DNA from: Calditrichia bacterium
Lineage (GTDB): Bacteria > Calditrichota > Calditrichia > RBG-13-44-9 > J075
Assembly: GCA_050633245.1 (NCBI GenBank)
Contig: JBOEGD010000011.1
Coordinates: 128,001 to 192,000, forward strand
Length of the DNA: 64,000 nucleotides
Direction of reading: 5' to 3'
The notes under the pieces are model-generated. The model did not search any database. It was not told where the DNA came from and was given only the letters and a program-made list of their open reading frames with translations. Numbering within the stretch: position 1 is the first letter of the stretch; every line of letters starts with the position of its first letter. A program made the position numbers and the translations under genes. Shown piece after piece: positions 1 to 9,665 of this stretch.

Positions 1-427
1 TTTCGATGAAATAACCAAACCAACAATTATTGACAACCTCTACGCCATTACCTCGGGCCCGTTACCACCAAATCCATCAGAGATGATTGCATCAGATGAA
101 ATGGATGACTTTATCAGGGTGGCTCGTGAGAAATTTGATGTTGTTTTGTTCGATAGTCCGCCCATTATTGCCGTAACCGATGCAGCCATTATGAGCGCAA
201 AAATTGACGGACTTCTGCTGGTTGTTCGTGCGCATCAAACCCAGAAACACGCAGTTCGACATGCAAAAACGCTGCTCGAAAACGTTGAATCGAATATCCT
301 TGGATGTTTACTCAACGGGGTCAGCGCAAAACGAAGCTATGGATCATACTATTATTATTATCAATATCAATACTACAGCTACTATGGACACGATCTAAAA
401 CGCCGCAAAAAATCAAAGTCAAAATAG
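1..427 (+). CDS. C-terminal part of a Wzc/CpsD-CapB family polysaccharide tyrosine autokinase (5' truncated by window)
   Basis: Walker B-type 'FDVVLFDSPP', 'DAAIMSAKIDGLLLVVR', C-terminal Tyr cluster 'YGSYYYYYQYQYYSYY'; precedes nucleotide-sugar dehydrogenases. Confidence 0.9.
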   Translation, partial: FDEITKPTIIDNLYAITSGPLPPNPSEMIASDEMDDFIRVAREKFDVVLFDSPPIIAVTDAAIMSAKIDGLLLVVRAHQTQKHAVRHAKTLLENVESNILGCLLNGVSAKRSYGSYYYYYQYQYYSYYGHDLKRRKKSKSK

Positions 428-450
428 GCGTTACTTGAGGAGAAAAAGCA

Positions 451-1758
451 ATGAAACTTGCAGTCATTGGAAGTGGATATGTAGGGCTTGTAGCAGGTGC
501 ATGTTTCGCAGAAAGCGGAAACAATGTCATCTGCATGGACAAGGATGCTCAGAAAATTGCCCAGTTAAATGATGGAATTATTCCGATTTACGAGCCGGGC
601 CTCGACCTGCTGGTTAAGCGAAATAAGAATAATGGACACTTAACATTTACGACAGACATTAAAGCAGCCGTCGAAAATTCCGATGTCATATTTATAGCTG
701 TTGGAACTCCGCCGTTTGAAGACGGCTCTGCAGACCTTCGGCATGTTATTGCCGTAGCAAAAGATATTGGCAGGGTAATGACGAGCTTTAAAATTGTCGT
801 TAATAAGAGCACGGTGCCAGTTGGAACGGCAGACAAGGTCCGTGAAGCAGTTGCTTCCGAGACTGATCTTCCGTTCGAGGTCGTCTCGAATCCGGAATTT
901 TTGAAAGAGGGCGCGGCGATTGACGATTTCATGTATCCAGACCGGGTTGTTATCGGGACGCGGGACGACAAGGTTGCCGAAACGATGCGCGAATTGTATT
1001 CACCCTTTGTCAGAACCGGAAATCCGATAATTATTATGGATGAGAGAAGTGCTGAGATTACCAAGTATGCTGCAAACTCTATATTGGCAACAAAGATTTC
1101 ATTTGTGAACGAAATTGCAAATCTCTGTGACATTCTCGATGCCGATATTGAGATGGTGCGTAAGGGGATAGGGTCTGACAAACGAATCGGGTATTCATTT
1201 ATTTTCCCCGGTGTTGGATATGGCGGCTCATGTTTTCCGAAAGATGTTAAGGCGATTATTCGCACTGGAAAAGAAAATGGTTATGATTTAAGATTGCTTC
1301 AGGCCGTGGAAGAAGTAAATCAGGATCAAAAACTCATATTAATTCCGCGAATCCTGGAGCACTATGGTGGCTCCGTTGAAGGTAAAAAGTTTGGCATATG
1401 GGGACTTAGTTTTAAGCCAAAGACCGACGATATGCGTGAAGCACCATCTATATCGATAATCTCAGAGCTGCACCGTCTGGGTGCCGAGATTGTTGCTCAC
1501 GACCCGGTTGCAATTGAAGAAGCTCGCGAGCAGTATCAGCTTGACAAAAAGGCGACGCTGGTTGAAGATTACTATGATGCAATTAATGATGTTGATGGAC
1601 TGATTCTGGTGACAGAGTGGCTGAACTATCGCGAGCCGGATTTTGATAGAATGCTGAAAAGCATGAAGCAGCCGGTTATATTCGATGGCCGCAACATTTA
1701 TCAACCTGAAAAGATGAAATCTAAAGGCTTTATTTATTATGGAATTGGAAGACGCTGA
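451..1758 (+). CDS. ugd: UDP-glucose 6-dehydrogenase
   Basis: GSGYVG Rossmann motif, 'NKSTVPVGT', 'SNPEFLKEG', catalytic 'GYGGSCFPKD', 'FKPKTDDMRE'; SD GAGGAG upstream. Confidence 0.93.
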   Translation: MKLAVIGSGYVGLVAGACFAESGNNVICMDKDAQKIAQLNDGIIPIYEPGLDLLVKRNKNNGHLTFTTDIKAAVENSDVIFIAVGTPPFEDGSADLRHVIAVAKDIGRVMTSFKIVVNKSTVPVGTADKVREAVASETDLPFEVVSNPEFLKEGAAIDDFMYPDRVVIGTRDDKVAETMRELYSPFVRTGNPIIIMDERSAEITKYAANSILATKISFVNEIANLCDILDADIEMVRKGIGSDKRIGYSFIFPGVGYGGSCFPKDVKAIIRTGKENGYDLRLLQAVEEVNQDQKLILIPRILEHYGGSVEGKKFGIWGLSFKPKTDDMREAPSISIISELHRLGAEIVAHDPVAIEEAREQYQLDKKATLVEDYYDAINDVDGLILVTEWLNYREPDFDRMLKSMKQPVIFDGRNIYQPEKMKSKGFIYYGIGRR

Positions 1759-1803
1759 AATTACAATAAACTGTAAACCGCTTTATTAAGAGGAAACTAC
1801 ACA

Positions 1804-3114
1804 ATGTCTCTACTGCAAAAAATTAAAGATCATGAAGCCCGGATTGGCGTTGTCGGACTGGGATATGTTGGTCTGCCACTCATTCTCGAATTCGTTGAAG
1901 AGAATTTTACCTGTGTCGGGTTCGATATCGATGAGTCGAAAGTCTCACAGCTGAATGAAGGCCAGTCCTACATTAAGCACATCGAAGGCGCTCGTATTGG
2001 AGAAGCCGTGAGTAAGAAGCTTTTTCACGCCACAACCAATTTTTCCGAGCTGTCTGATGTTGACTGTATTCTGGTATGTGTGCCGACGCCGCTGAACAAA
2101 CATCGCGAGCCGAATATCAGCTATATCACTGAGACATCCGAGACGATTTCCAAGCATATTCGCAAAGGTCAGCTTATTATTCTGGAAAGCTCAACATACC
2201 CGGGGACAACCGAAGAGGTGATGCGGCCTATTCTTGAGAAATCCGGGCTGGTTGGACACGAAGATTTCTATCTCGCTTTCTCGCCAGAGCGCGAAGATCC
2301 AAACAATCCGAATTACTCTACTCGCACTATTCCAAAAGTTGTTGGTGCTAATAGCGAGATTTCCCTCGAGCTCACAAAAACGCTATACGATCAGGTTATC
2401 GTAGAAACCGTTCCGGTTAGCTCCAGCCAAGCTGCTGAGGCAACAAAGTTGCTTGAGAACATTTTTCGCAGCGTGAACATTGCTCTTGTGAACGAGATGA
2501 AGGTTATCCTTGATCGCATGGGAATAGATGTATGGGAAGTAATCAATGCTGCCAAAACCAAGCCGTTCGGTTATATGGCATTTTATCCCGGACCGGGTCT
2601 GGGTGGTCACTGCATTCCGATTGACCCATTCTATCTCACGTGGAAAGCACGTCAATATGATATCAGCACGCGCTTTATCGAGCTTGCCGGTGAAGTGAAT
2701 ACCGATATGCCTTACTACGTAGTAGACAAAGTAGCAGATGCACTGAACGAGCAGAAGAAGAGCCTGAATGGCTCCAAGATTCTCATTCTCGGTATGGCAT
2801 ATAAGAAAGATATTGACGATCTGCGCGAATCTCCGACCCTGAAGCTGATGGAAATTCTATTAGATAAAGGCTCGCTGGTAGATTATAATGATCCGCTGAT
2901 CGACGCTCTTTATCCCATGCGCCACTACAACTACGACAGTCAGAGTGTCGATTTGAGCCCGGAAACGCTGAAGCAGTATGACGCGGTTCTGATCTCTACC
3001 GACCACACCGTCTACGATTGGGAAATGATTGTTGAGCATTCCAATGTCATTATCGATACGCGTAATGCCACGGTGAATGTGAAAACGAATCGTGACAAAA
3101 TTTACAAAGCATAA
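1804..3114 (+). CDS. UDP-N-acetyl-D-glucosamine 6-dehydrogenase (WbpA/WecC family nucleotide-sugar dehydrogenase)
   Basis: GLGYVG, 'ESSTYPGTT', 'FSPEREDP', 'GPGLGGHCIPIDP', 'YKKDIDDLRESP'. Confidence 0.88.
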   Translation: MSLLQKIKDHEARIGVVGLGYVGLPLILEFVEENFTCVGFDIDESKVSQLNEGQSYIKHIEGARIGEAVSKKLFHATTNFSELSDVDCILVCVPTPLNKHREPNISYITETSETISKHIRKGQLIILESSTYPGTTEEVMRPILEKSGLVGHEDFYLAFSPEREDPNNPNYSTRTIPKVVGANSEISLELTKTLYDQVIVETVPVSSSQAAEATKLLENIFRSVNIALVNEMKVILDRMGIDVWEVINAAKTKPFGYMAFYPGPGLGGHCIPIDPFYLTWKARQYDISTRFIELAGEVNTDMPYYVVDKVADALNEQKKSLNGSKILILGMAYKKDIDDLRESPTLKLMEILLDKGSLVDYNDPLIDALYPMRHYNYDSQSVDLSPETLKQYDAVLISTDHTVYDWEMIVEHSNVIIDTRNATVNVKTNRDKIYKA

Positions 3115-3129
3115 TCTACATGTTTTCTT

Positions 3130-3160
3130 GGGAGCGGCAAATTTGCCGCTCCCTTTTTTT
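3130..3160 (+). terminator. Rho-independent terminator closing the polysaccharide operon
   Basis: GGGAGCGGC-AAATTT-GCCGCTCCC followed by T7. Confidence 0.9.
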
Positions 3161-3219
3161 ATTTGAATAAGCCCATCTTTACTGTAACTTCCACTCGTCT
3201 TCAAATAAAGACCCTACGC

Positions 3220-6200
3220 ATGTGGAATAAGTTTAAAAAAACACTTCTCGTATTAATTGTCCTCTTACTGCTGGTTTGTATTGGATTTGTAGTCCTTTAC
3301 TCATTTACATCTGTGGTAGACCGAAATGTGCTTGCGCTGGTCAATCGCCTTGCCGGGGAGAAGGTTGAGGTGCATTTTGATGACCTCTCCGGAAATCTGA
3401 TGCGGCAGCTTCGATTGACGAATGTTCACGTTGTTGTAGAAGGCGATACACTTGCCAGCTCTCCTAAAATTCAGTTCGAATATAAAATACTGGATATCAT
3501 TCGCCAGAAATACCACTTGGCTAATCTTGATATAACGTCACCAAAAGTCGGAATTCGGCTTTCCGATGCACCACCCGATTCCACGAGTAAGCCATTAGAT
3601 GTTTTTTTTGAATTCCTCGGTGCATCTCCGGAAATCGAAATTAAACGTCTTGGGATCGATGATGGGCGCTTTCGCTGGAGCAGTAAAGATACCTCGGACG
3701 AGGTGCGTGACATTAATCTTCAGCTGGCGGTTACAATTTCAGATAGCCAGATTTATTTGCAGCCCCAACGCGTATCGGCAATATGGGCATCGCAAAATCT
3801 TGAACTACAGGACCTGAAATTCCGTCTGAACGGCACGAAGAGTCTTATTGTCCTACAGGAGTTTTCTGCTCAGATACCCGGAGCCATGCTTACCGGAAAT
3901 GGGCGCTTAAAACGCTTCCCGGAACCTAACCTATTGCTGAAAGTTGATAAATCCCGAGTTGATGCTTCCTTTGTAAAGACATTTGTTGACTCCCTGCCGT
4001 TTACCACCGGATTCGTTGAATTGAGTGGCGTGCTGGAGGGCGATATACGTCGTTTTGATGGACGTTTATTTGCCTTGGGTGAACTGGACAGCCTGGCAAT
4101 TACATCATTAGAGTCTAATTTTGAGCGCGATTACAGCTGGTTTAAACTTAGCAATCTGAACCTGCGGAGCAGTGCTGGAAATGTACAAGGCGATCTCGAT
4201 CTTTCGCGTCGTAACGGCATACGCAGCGATTTGAAAATGCAAAAACTGGCGCTTAAGAAAACCGGATTTGTCGATTTACCTATTGTTTTAGATGGCAAAG
4301 TGAACTTTGACAGCGATTCATGGGATTTCACAAAGGCTAATGGCGATGGCGTCGTAACGCTTTTTGAACCGCGCTTTGGCGAAATTAATGCTGATAAACT
4401 TCTGGCCTCTCTAATTGTCTCTGATGGAAACTGGAAAATCGGAGATGAAAGCCGAATCATTTTCTCCGATTCCGCAGTTGTGCAGATCGGTGGAGAAATT
4501 TCGGCAGACAGTCTTTCTACATCTCTTACCAGCGAATCTTTTGCGCTTAATCCACTTTTAACAGGACTTGGTGTTAAGGGGATCGATGGTTGGGGCAGTA
4601 TCAATCTCGACTTAATTGGGAAAACGGCCAATCCTGCACTAAGCGGCTGGGTTTTTCTGGATAGCTTGCTATATAGCTCCGTAACCGTTTATGGAGTTGA
4701 TGGTGAGGTGCAGGTTGATAGTCTCTTCTCGAATCCGCAAGGTAGTGCCGAGCTTGAACTTGCAACCGGATTTGTGTCCAATGTTTTTCTAACGCATGGG
4801 GCCCTCAGCGGAACGTTTATCGGTAGCGACTTGCTGATTGATAGTCTAAAGTTTCTGAGCAAGGAAAACTCCATAATCGTCGGCGGCAATGTTAATGTTT
4901 CATCTGACTCTACCATCATCAACTTGCCGCGTGTTGAGTTACTCTGGCAGAATTATGCACTGAAGGCATCAGAACCACAGATGCTTAGGTGGGCGCGAGA
5001 CACGCTTTTTGTCGAAGTGCTGAACCTGAATAACCCTGCTGCCGGTGGGACAGTGACCGGGAGTGGCTTTTGGTGCTTTAATGAGAGCCGAACGGTATTC
5101 AATACGCAGCTTTTGGATATCCCCATCGACCCGGTTAATGATTACCATTACCTCCGATATGAATTAAACGGAAAAGTCGATTCGGATATTGAGTTCTACG
5201 GTATTATCGATAGCCTTGAAATACTTGCAGGAATGGAGTTGGATAGTCTGAAATTGGTTCATCGGGATTCTATCATTGCTCCGCAGGATCTTGGAAAGCT
5301 GCAAAGCGAGATATTGTTTTCGGCAAATCGCCTGGGAATTAATTTTCTGAATTATGAACAAGACGAAAACTCTTTTCTTACACTTAATGGCTCTATGGAT
5401 CTAACGCTTCAGGGTGGCGATACGCTGGAAGAGGCGCCGCTTGATATAAATATGATTGCAGAGCGCATTCAGCTTGAGCGGTATCGCCCTTTTTTACGAA
5501 CAAATTTCCCGCTGGAAGGAACAGTCTCCGGGCGTGCGGAGCTCAGCGGCACAACAGTGCTGCCTGAGTTGAACATGCGTATAACCGGCAGAAACCTTCG
5601 CTATGCCGATTACATAATGCCGGAGCTTCGAATGAAGCTGATGGGGGATACCAGCGGTGTAGTTCTCGATTCAGGTTATGCCGATTATATCGATACTGAT
5701 GTTTATTTTACCGGTCGAAAAAATATTGATTGGGATCCGGAGAATGTACAGCAAATCTTTGAAGACAGCACCTTCGAATTATCGGCAACTATACAGGAAG
5801 ATAGTCTAAACTTCCTGAACTCAATAAATCCAGAGCTGGACATTGTTGTAGGTGACATTCAGGCCCGGGTAGACCTTGGCGGCACATTTCAAGACCCTAC
5901 GGTCGTCGATGCGCAGATTCAGCTACGCAACGGAAAACTTTACCTCGCGCGTTTGCAAAATAGCATTGATGATGTTGAGTTAACTGCCAATTTAACGGCA
6001 CCTGAACTGATGACCTTTGCTGTAAACGGCAATTCCCTGCGCCCGCAAAAAACAGGCAACTTTCTTAAACGCTGGTTCTCAGGAATATGGACAAGTTTGG
6101 ATCGCGGTGAAGAGGGTGGTGAGGTCTCCGCACGTGGTACGGTGGATCTAACGGATATTCTTCGACCAAAGGTTGATGTTGCCGTTAAGGCCAATCAAAC

Positions 6201-7200
6201 CTATTTAAATTACTTCCTGGAGAACGCCGAGCTTATAGTTTCTACAAAAAACCTGACAATTCGCGGAAAAGATACACTGCTTATCGCTGGTGATGTTGGT
6301 GTTGGAGGAGGTGTAAACTTCGATTTTGTTGAATCTGAAAAAAACCTGTTGCTTGCCCCCACTGTTCGTGAAACAGCGCCATTTTTTCGTTACGAAATTG
6401 AAGTCGACTTATTGCCGGGATTTTACATTCGCAATGAGGATAATTTTAACAATTTTGACTTTCAGGTTAGCGGCAAAATGGGCGTACTATTAGAGCCAAG
6501 GCAACTGCTTGAGTATCGTGGTTCACTTGATGTCGAGGGGAAATATCTTATTCAGGGAGAAGTCTTCGGCATCAAAGACGGAAAGATCAACTTTGTAAAT
6601 CCTAAAGAACTGCCCGAGCTGGATATCGCTGCCAGCAAAAGGAAGAGCAATTATACCTTCGAGCTGAAAATAACCGGTGCATTAGACAATCCGCAGAAGG
6701 ACATTACCGTTATCGACAACAACGGCAATGCTTTACGAGATATGGACACCAAAGATGAAATGGCTCTGTTGTTGTTTGGCGTAACATTTAACGAACTGGG
6801 AACTGGAACCGATTCATTGTTGCTGCTAAAAGGCGAAGAGTTGCTTGCCCAAACGGTTTTGTCTATGCTTGAGCGTGAGACCCGAAGTTATACCGGTTTG
6901 GATCAGGTGAGACTGGATGGACAGAGTTCCTATTTTGAAAGTGAGCTAAATAAAAAAAATACGCCAACGCTCGCATTGGGTAAATACATAACGCCAAATT
7001 TATATTTGGAATATCGCTCTGCACTAGAATCTTCCGGGTTTGGTAACATACCGCGACCATCTCTGTCGTGGGAAGAGGGCAATCAGATATATTTACAGTA
7101 TCGTTTAAACCGCAACTGGTCATTTTCGACGTCATACGAGACAACGCAGGAAGGTAATGAAAAAGTTAAGCTGGACATCAGCTGGCGACTCGAATTCTAA
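3220..7200 (+). CDS. tamB: TamB (DUF490) translocation and assembly module protein
   Basis: N-terminal TM anchor, long beta-rich body, C-terminal 'LALGKYITPNLYLEY...YRLNRNWSF...WRLEF'; overlaps downstream Omp85 gene; ATG at 3220 preferred over TTG at 3163. Confidence 0.82.
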   Translation: MWNKFKKTLLVLIVLLLLVCIGFVVLYSFTSVVDRNVLALVNRLAGEKVEVHFDDLSGNLMRQLRLTNVHVVVEGDTLASSPKIQFEYKILDIIRQKYHLANLDITSPKVGIRLSDAPPDSTSKPLDVFFEFLGASPEIEIKRLGIDDGRFRWSSKDTSDEVRDINLQLAVTISDSQIYLQPQRVSAIWASQNLELQDLKFRLNGTKSLIVLQEFSAQIPGAMLTGNGRLKRFPEPNLLLKVDKSRVDASFVKTFVDSLPFTTGFVELSGVLEGDIRRFDGRLFALGELDSLAITSLESNFERDYSWFKLSNLNLRSSAGNVQGDLDLSRRNGIRSDLKMQKLALKKTGFVDLPIVLDGKVNFDSDSWDFTKANGDGVVTLFEPRFGEINADKLLASLIVSDGNWKIGDESRIIFSDSAVVQIGGEISADSLSTSLTSESFALNPLLTGLGVKGIDGWGSINLDLIGKTANPALSGWVFLDSLLYSSVTVYGVDGEVQVDSLFSNPQGSAELELATGFVSNVFLTHGALSGTFIGSDLLIDSLKFLSKENSIIVGGNVNVSSDSTIINLPRVELLWQNYALKASEPQMLRWARDTLFVEVLNLNNPAAGGTVTGSGFWCFNESRTVFNTQLLDIPIDPVNDYHYLRYELNGKVDSDIEFYGIIDSLEILAGMELDSLKLVHRDSIIAPQDLGKLQSEILFSANRLGINFLNYEQDENSFLTLNGSMDLTLQGGDTLEEAPLDINMIAERIQLERYRPFLRTNFPLEGTVSGRAELSGTTVLPELNMRITGRNLRYADYIMPELRMKLMGDTSGVVLDSGYADYIDTDVYFTGRKNIDWDPENVQQIFEDSTFELSATIQEDSLNFLNSINPELDIVVGDIQARVDLGGTFQDPTVVDAQIQLRNGKLYLARLQNSIDDVELTANLTAPELMTFAVNGNSLRPQKTGNFLKRWFSGIWTSLDRGEEGGEVSARGTVDLTDILRPKVDVAVKANQTYLNYFLENAELIVSTKNLTIRGKDTLLIAGDVGVGGGVNFDFVESEKNLLLAPTVRETAPFFRYEIEVDLLPGFYIRNEDNFNNFDFQVSGKMGVLLEPRQLLEYRGSLDVEGKYLIQGEVFGIKDGKINFVNPKELPELDIAASKRKSNYTFELKITGALDNPQKDITVIDNNGNALRDMDTKDEMALLLFGVTFNELGTGTDSLLLLKGEELLAQTVLSMLERETRSYTGLDQVRLDGQSSYFESELNKKNTPTLALGKYITPNLYLEYRSALESSGFGNIPRPSLSWEEGNQIYLQYRLNRNWSFSTSYETTQEGNEKVKLDISWRLEF

Positions 7201-9061
7201 AACAATTCTAGTTCTGGCGACCGTTCTTTTGCTGACGCTTTCCTGCTTTGCTCAGGAGAAGCTGAAGGTAGTGGACGTACTTTTTGAAGGGAATGCATCT
7301 ATTCCCGCCGAAGAGTTTAAACGAGTGATCAAGTCGCGAAAGGGGCTGGAATTTAATCAACGTGTTCACCGCGTAGATCGCACTCTTCTAACGAATTATT
7401 ATCAACTCCGCGGATTTCTAAAAGTCTTTGTCGAGGTTGAGTATCGCAAAGAAGGCGATAAGATCTTTGTCGTTTTTCTGATATCTGAAGGGGTTCGCTC
7501 TTATTTGAAAGAGATCGTTTTTTTCGGTAATGAAAGTGTCGACGAAAATACGATACGTGGAATGTTTGCCATCAAAAACGGTGATGTCTTTCGTCGCACT
7601 GCTATAGACAATGGGTTGAATACGCTCGAGCAATATCACCTCAACAATGGCCGCCCTTATGTGGTGCTGACTGATAGAGAAGATGTGGAGTCTGATTCAC
7701 TTGTTACGGTTCAAATATATATTCATGAGGATGATAAAGTTGTTATTGAAAAGATTCGCTATACCGGCCTAGACAAGGCAAAGCGTTTTTTGTTACGGCG
7801 GGAAATGGATATTGAGGAAGGTGAATTTTATTCGCGAACAGCAATAAATCGTTCTCAGAGCAATATCTATAGCACCGGCTTGTTCGAGCTGGTTAATTTT
7901 CGCCTGGCCCCGATCGAGGATGATCGCTCTCGCGTGGCGCTTACCTGGCAGCTGACGGAGAAAAAGGTGCGCTGGACAGGTCTGCGTTTTGGTGTGAGCC
8001 ACGAAGATGCTCAAAGTGATGTCATAACTTTCGACTTTACTCTGGAAGGCGGTCATCGAAATCTTTTTGGTACTGCTCGCAGTATTTCAATGCGTGCCGT
8101 GCCGTCAATTTACTATGGCCGTGTCCAGGAAGGCGGGAATCGCAGGCTGCTCAATCCACGGAATGAATACACCTTTACTTTTACAGAGCCATGGGTTTTC
8201 AATACCCGAACACCGGGACAGTTTTCCGTCTCTTATGCCCAGCAGGCGCAACCTGTGGCAACGCGTGAGTTAACTACTTTCTCCACCTCATGGAAGCTCA
8301 GCCATAAATTCCGGAACAATTGGTATTATACAGGTGGAATCGGTTTTGAGCGGGTAAAAACTGCTTCCGATACGCTACGCATTCAGATCGCTTCCGGGCA
8401 GGACTTGATATATTCCATCTACATCGATCCGGTAAAGGATCAGCGTGATAACGTGCTGAATCCACGACGCGGCTATCTTACCGAATTGCGTAATAAGTTT
8501 GTGTTTAGTACCAGCCCTGATTCTGTTGATGGCGAAGAGGTAAAGATTCGCAATACGTTCTACAAAGCAAAATTTCAGTGGGCACGCTATCAAAAGTTTG
8601 CACTCTATAAACCGTGGGTTTTGGCAACCCGGATTGGATTTGGTGGAATAATTGGATTGGGTGACAGTAGACCGGTCACACAAATTCCCATTACGGAACG
8701 ATTTTATGTTGGTGGCGCTTCCAGCGTGCGGGGTTATGTTGAAAACGGCATTGGAGATTCCGTAACCGACGGTGATGGGAATGAGGTGCCGATTGGCGGC
8801 AAAACAGAGCTGGTTGCAAATGCGGAACTGCGAATGCCACTGTTTTGGCTATTCTATGGCGAGGTCTTTATCGATGCCGGTAATGTTTGGAAGTCGTGGG
8901 AATCTATGCAAAAAAACTTTAGCCTGAAAGCGGGTAGCGGTGCCGGTCTTGTTGTTGTTACTCCGTTCGGGCCTATTCGCTTTGACTATGGTGTAAAACT
9001 CTTCCCGGAACAGGGCGAGTCTTTTGGTGAATTTCACATCGGAATTGCCTTTGCTTTCTAA
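7157..9061 (+). CDS. Omp85 family outer membrane protein (TamA/BamA-like, about 3 POTRA domains plus barrel)
   Basis: POTRA-like repeats, 'RFYVGGASSVRGY', 'ELRMPL', 'FIDAGNVW', 'TPFGPIRFDYG', terminal Phe. Confidence 0.9.
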   Translation: MKKLSWTSAGDSNSKTILVLATVLLLTLSCFAQEKLKVVDVLFEGNASIPAEEFKRVIKSRKGLEFNQRVHRVDRTLLTNYYQLRGFLKVFVEVEYRKEGDKIFVVFLISEGVRSYLKEIVFFGNESVDENTIRGMFAIKNGDVFRRTAIDNGLNTLEQYHLNNGRPYVVLTDREDVESDSLVTVQIYIHEDDKVVIEKIRYTGLDKAKRFLLRREMDIEEGEFYSRTAINRSQSNIYSTGLFELVNFRLAPIEDDRSRVALTWQLTEKKVRWTGLRFGVSHEDAQSDVITFDFTLEGGHRNLFGTARSISMRAVPSIYYGRVQEGGNRRLLNPRNEYTFTFTEPWVFNTRTPGQFSVSYAQQAQPVATRELTTFSTSWKLSHKFRNNWYYTGGIGFERVKTASDTLRIQIASGQDLIYSIYIDPVKDQRDNVLNPRRGYLTELRNKFVFSTSPDSVDGEEVKIRNTFYKAKFQWARYQKFALYKPWVLATRIGFGGIIGLGDSRPVTQIPITERFYVGGASSVRGYVENGIGDSVTDGDGNEVPIGGKTELVANAELRMPLFWLFYGEVFIDAGNVWKSWESMQKNFSLKAGSGAGLVVVTPFGPIRFDYGVKLFPEQGESFGEFHIGIAFAF

Positions 9062-9087
9062 AACGAGAATTGCAATCGGAGACTATT

Positions 9088-9663
9088 ATGGCTGATAAGA
9101 AACGTTTACTTATAGATGTTGACGGTGTGTTACGAGATTTTATTGGCTCTTTAACGCAGGTTTATAAACGCGAACATCCGGGCCATGTTGTCGGTGAGGT
9201 CGATTCACGTCGGCTCGAAGATTTTTATCCGATTGGAAAGGCTATTTATTCATTTATGGATGAGCAGTTTGCCGGTGAAATTCTCAGAGATGCACCTGCG
9301 CTTAAGGGGGCAGCAGATTCAATGCGCCGGTGGGAGGCAAAATTTGAACTTTGCATTGCTACCAATCAACCGCCGGCCGGTCGCTTTCCCACATTAGAGT
9401 GGCTTGGAAAGCATCACATTGCCTGTAATACCGTTTACATAAAACGCGACAAGTATTTGCTGGATGGCTATGCGTTATTGGATGATTTTGTTGACAATCT
9501 TACTGCTTTTGAAGCCACAGGTAGGCTGGCGGTCTGCCTCGATCAACCCTGGAACCAGCATTGGGATGGTCCACGCGTTTCAGATGTGGATTCGTTTTTT
9601 GCTTACGTTACTGAGCAGCTTCGCCTGGAAGAAGCTGCCAGTGACGGTCCCATGTTCGCTTAG
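9088..9663 (+). CDS. HAD-family 5'(3')-deoxyribonucleotidase (NT5C-like)
   Basis: 'IDVDGVL' DxD motif, 'T.EWL.KH', 'LLDDFVDNL', 'QPWNQ'; GGAG SD before ATG 9088. Confidence 0.75.
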   Translation: MADKKRLLIDVDGVLRDFIGSLTQVYKREHPGHVVGEVDSRRLEDFYPIGKAIYSFMDEQFAGEILRDAPALKGAADSMRRWEAKFELCIATNQPPAGRFPTLEWLGKHHIACNTVYIKRDKYLLDGYALLDDFVDNLTAFEATGRLAVCLDQPWNQHWDGPRVSDVDSFFAYVTEQLRLEEAASDGPMFA

Positions 9664-9665
9664 TG

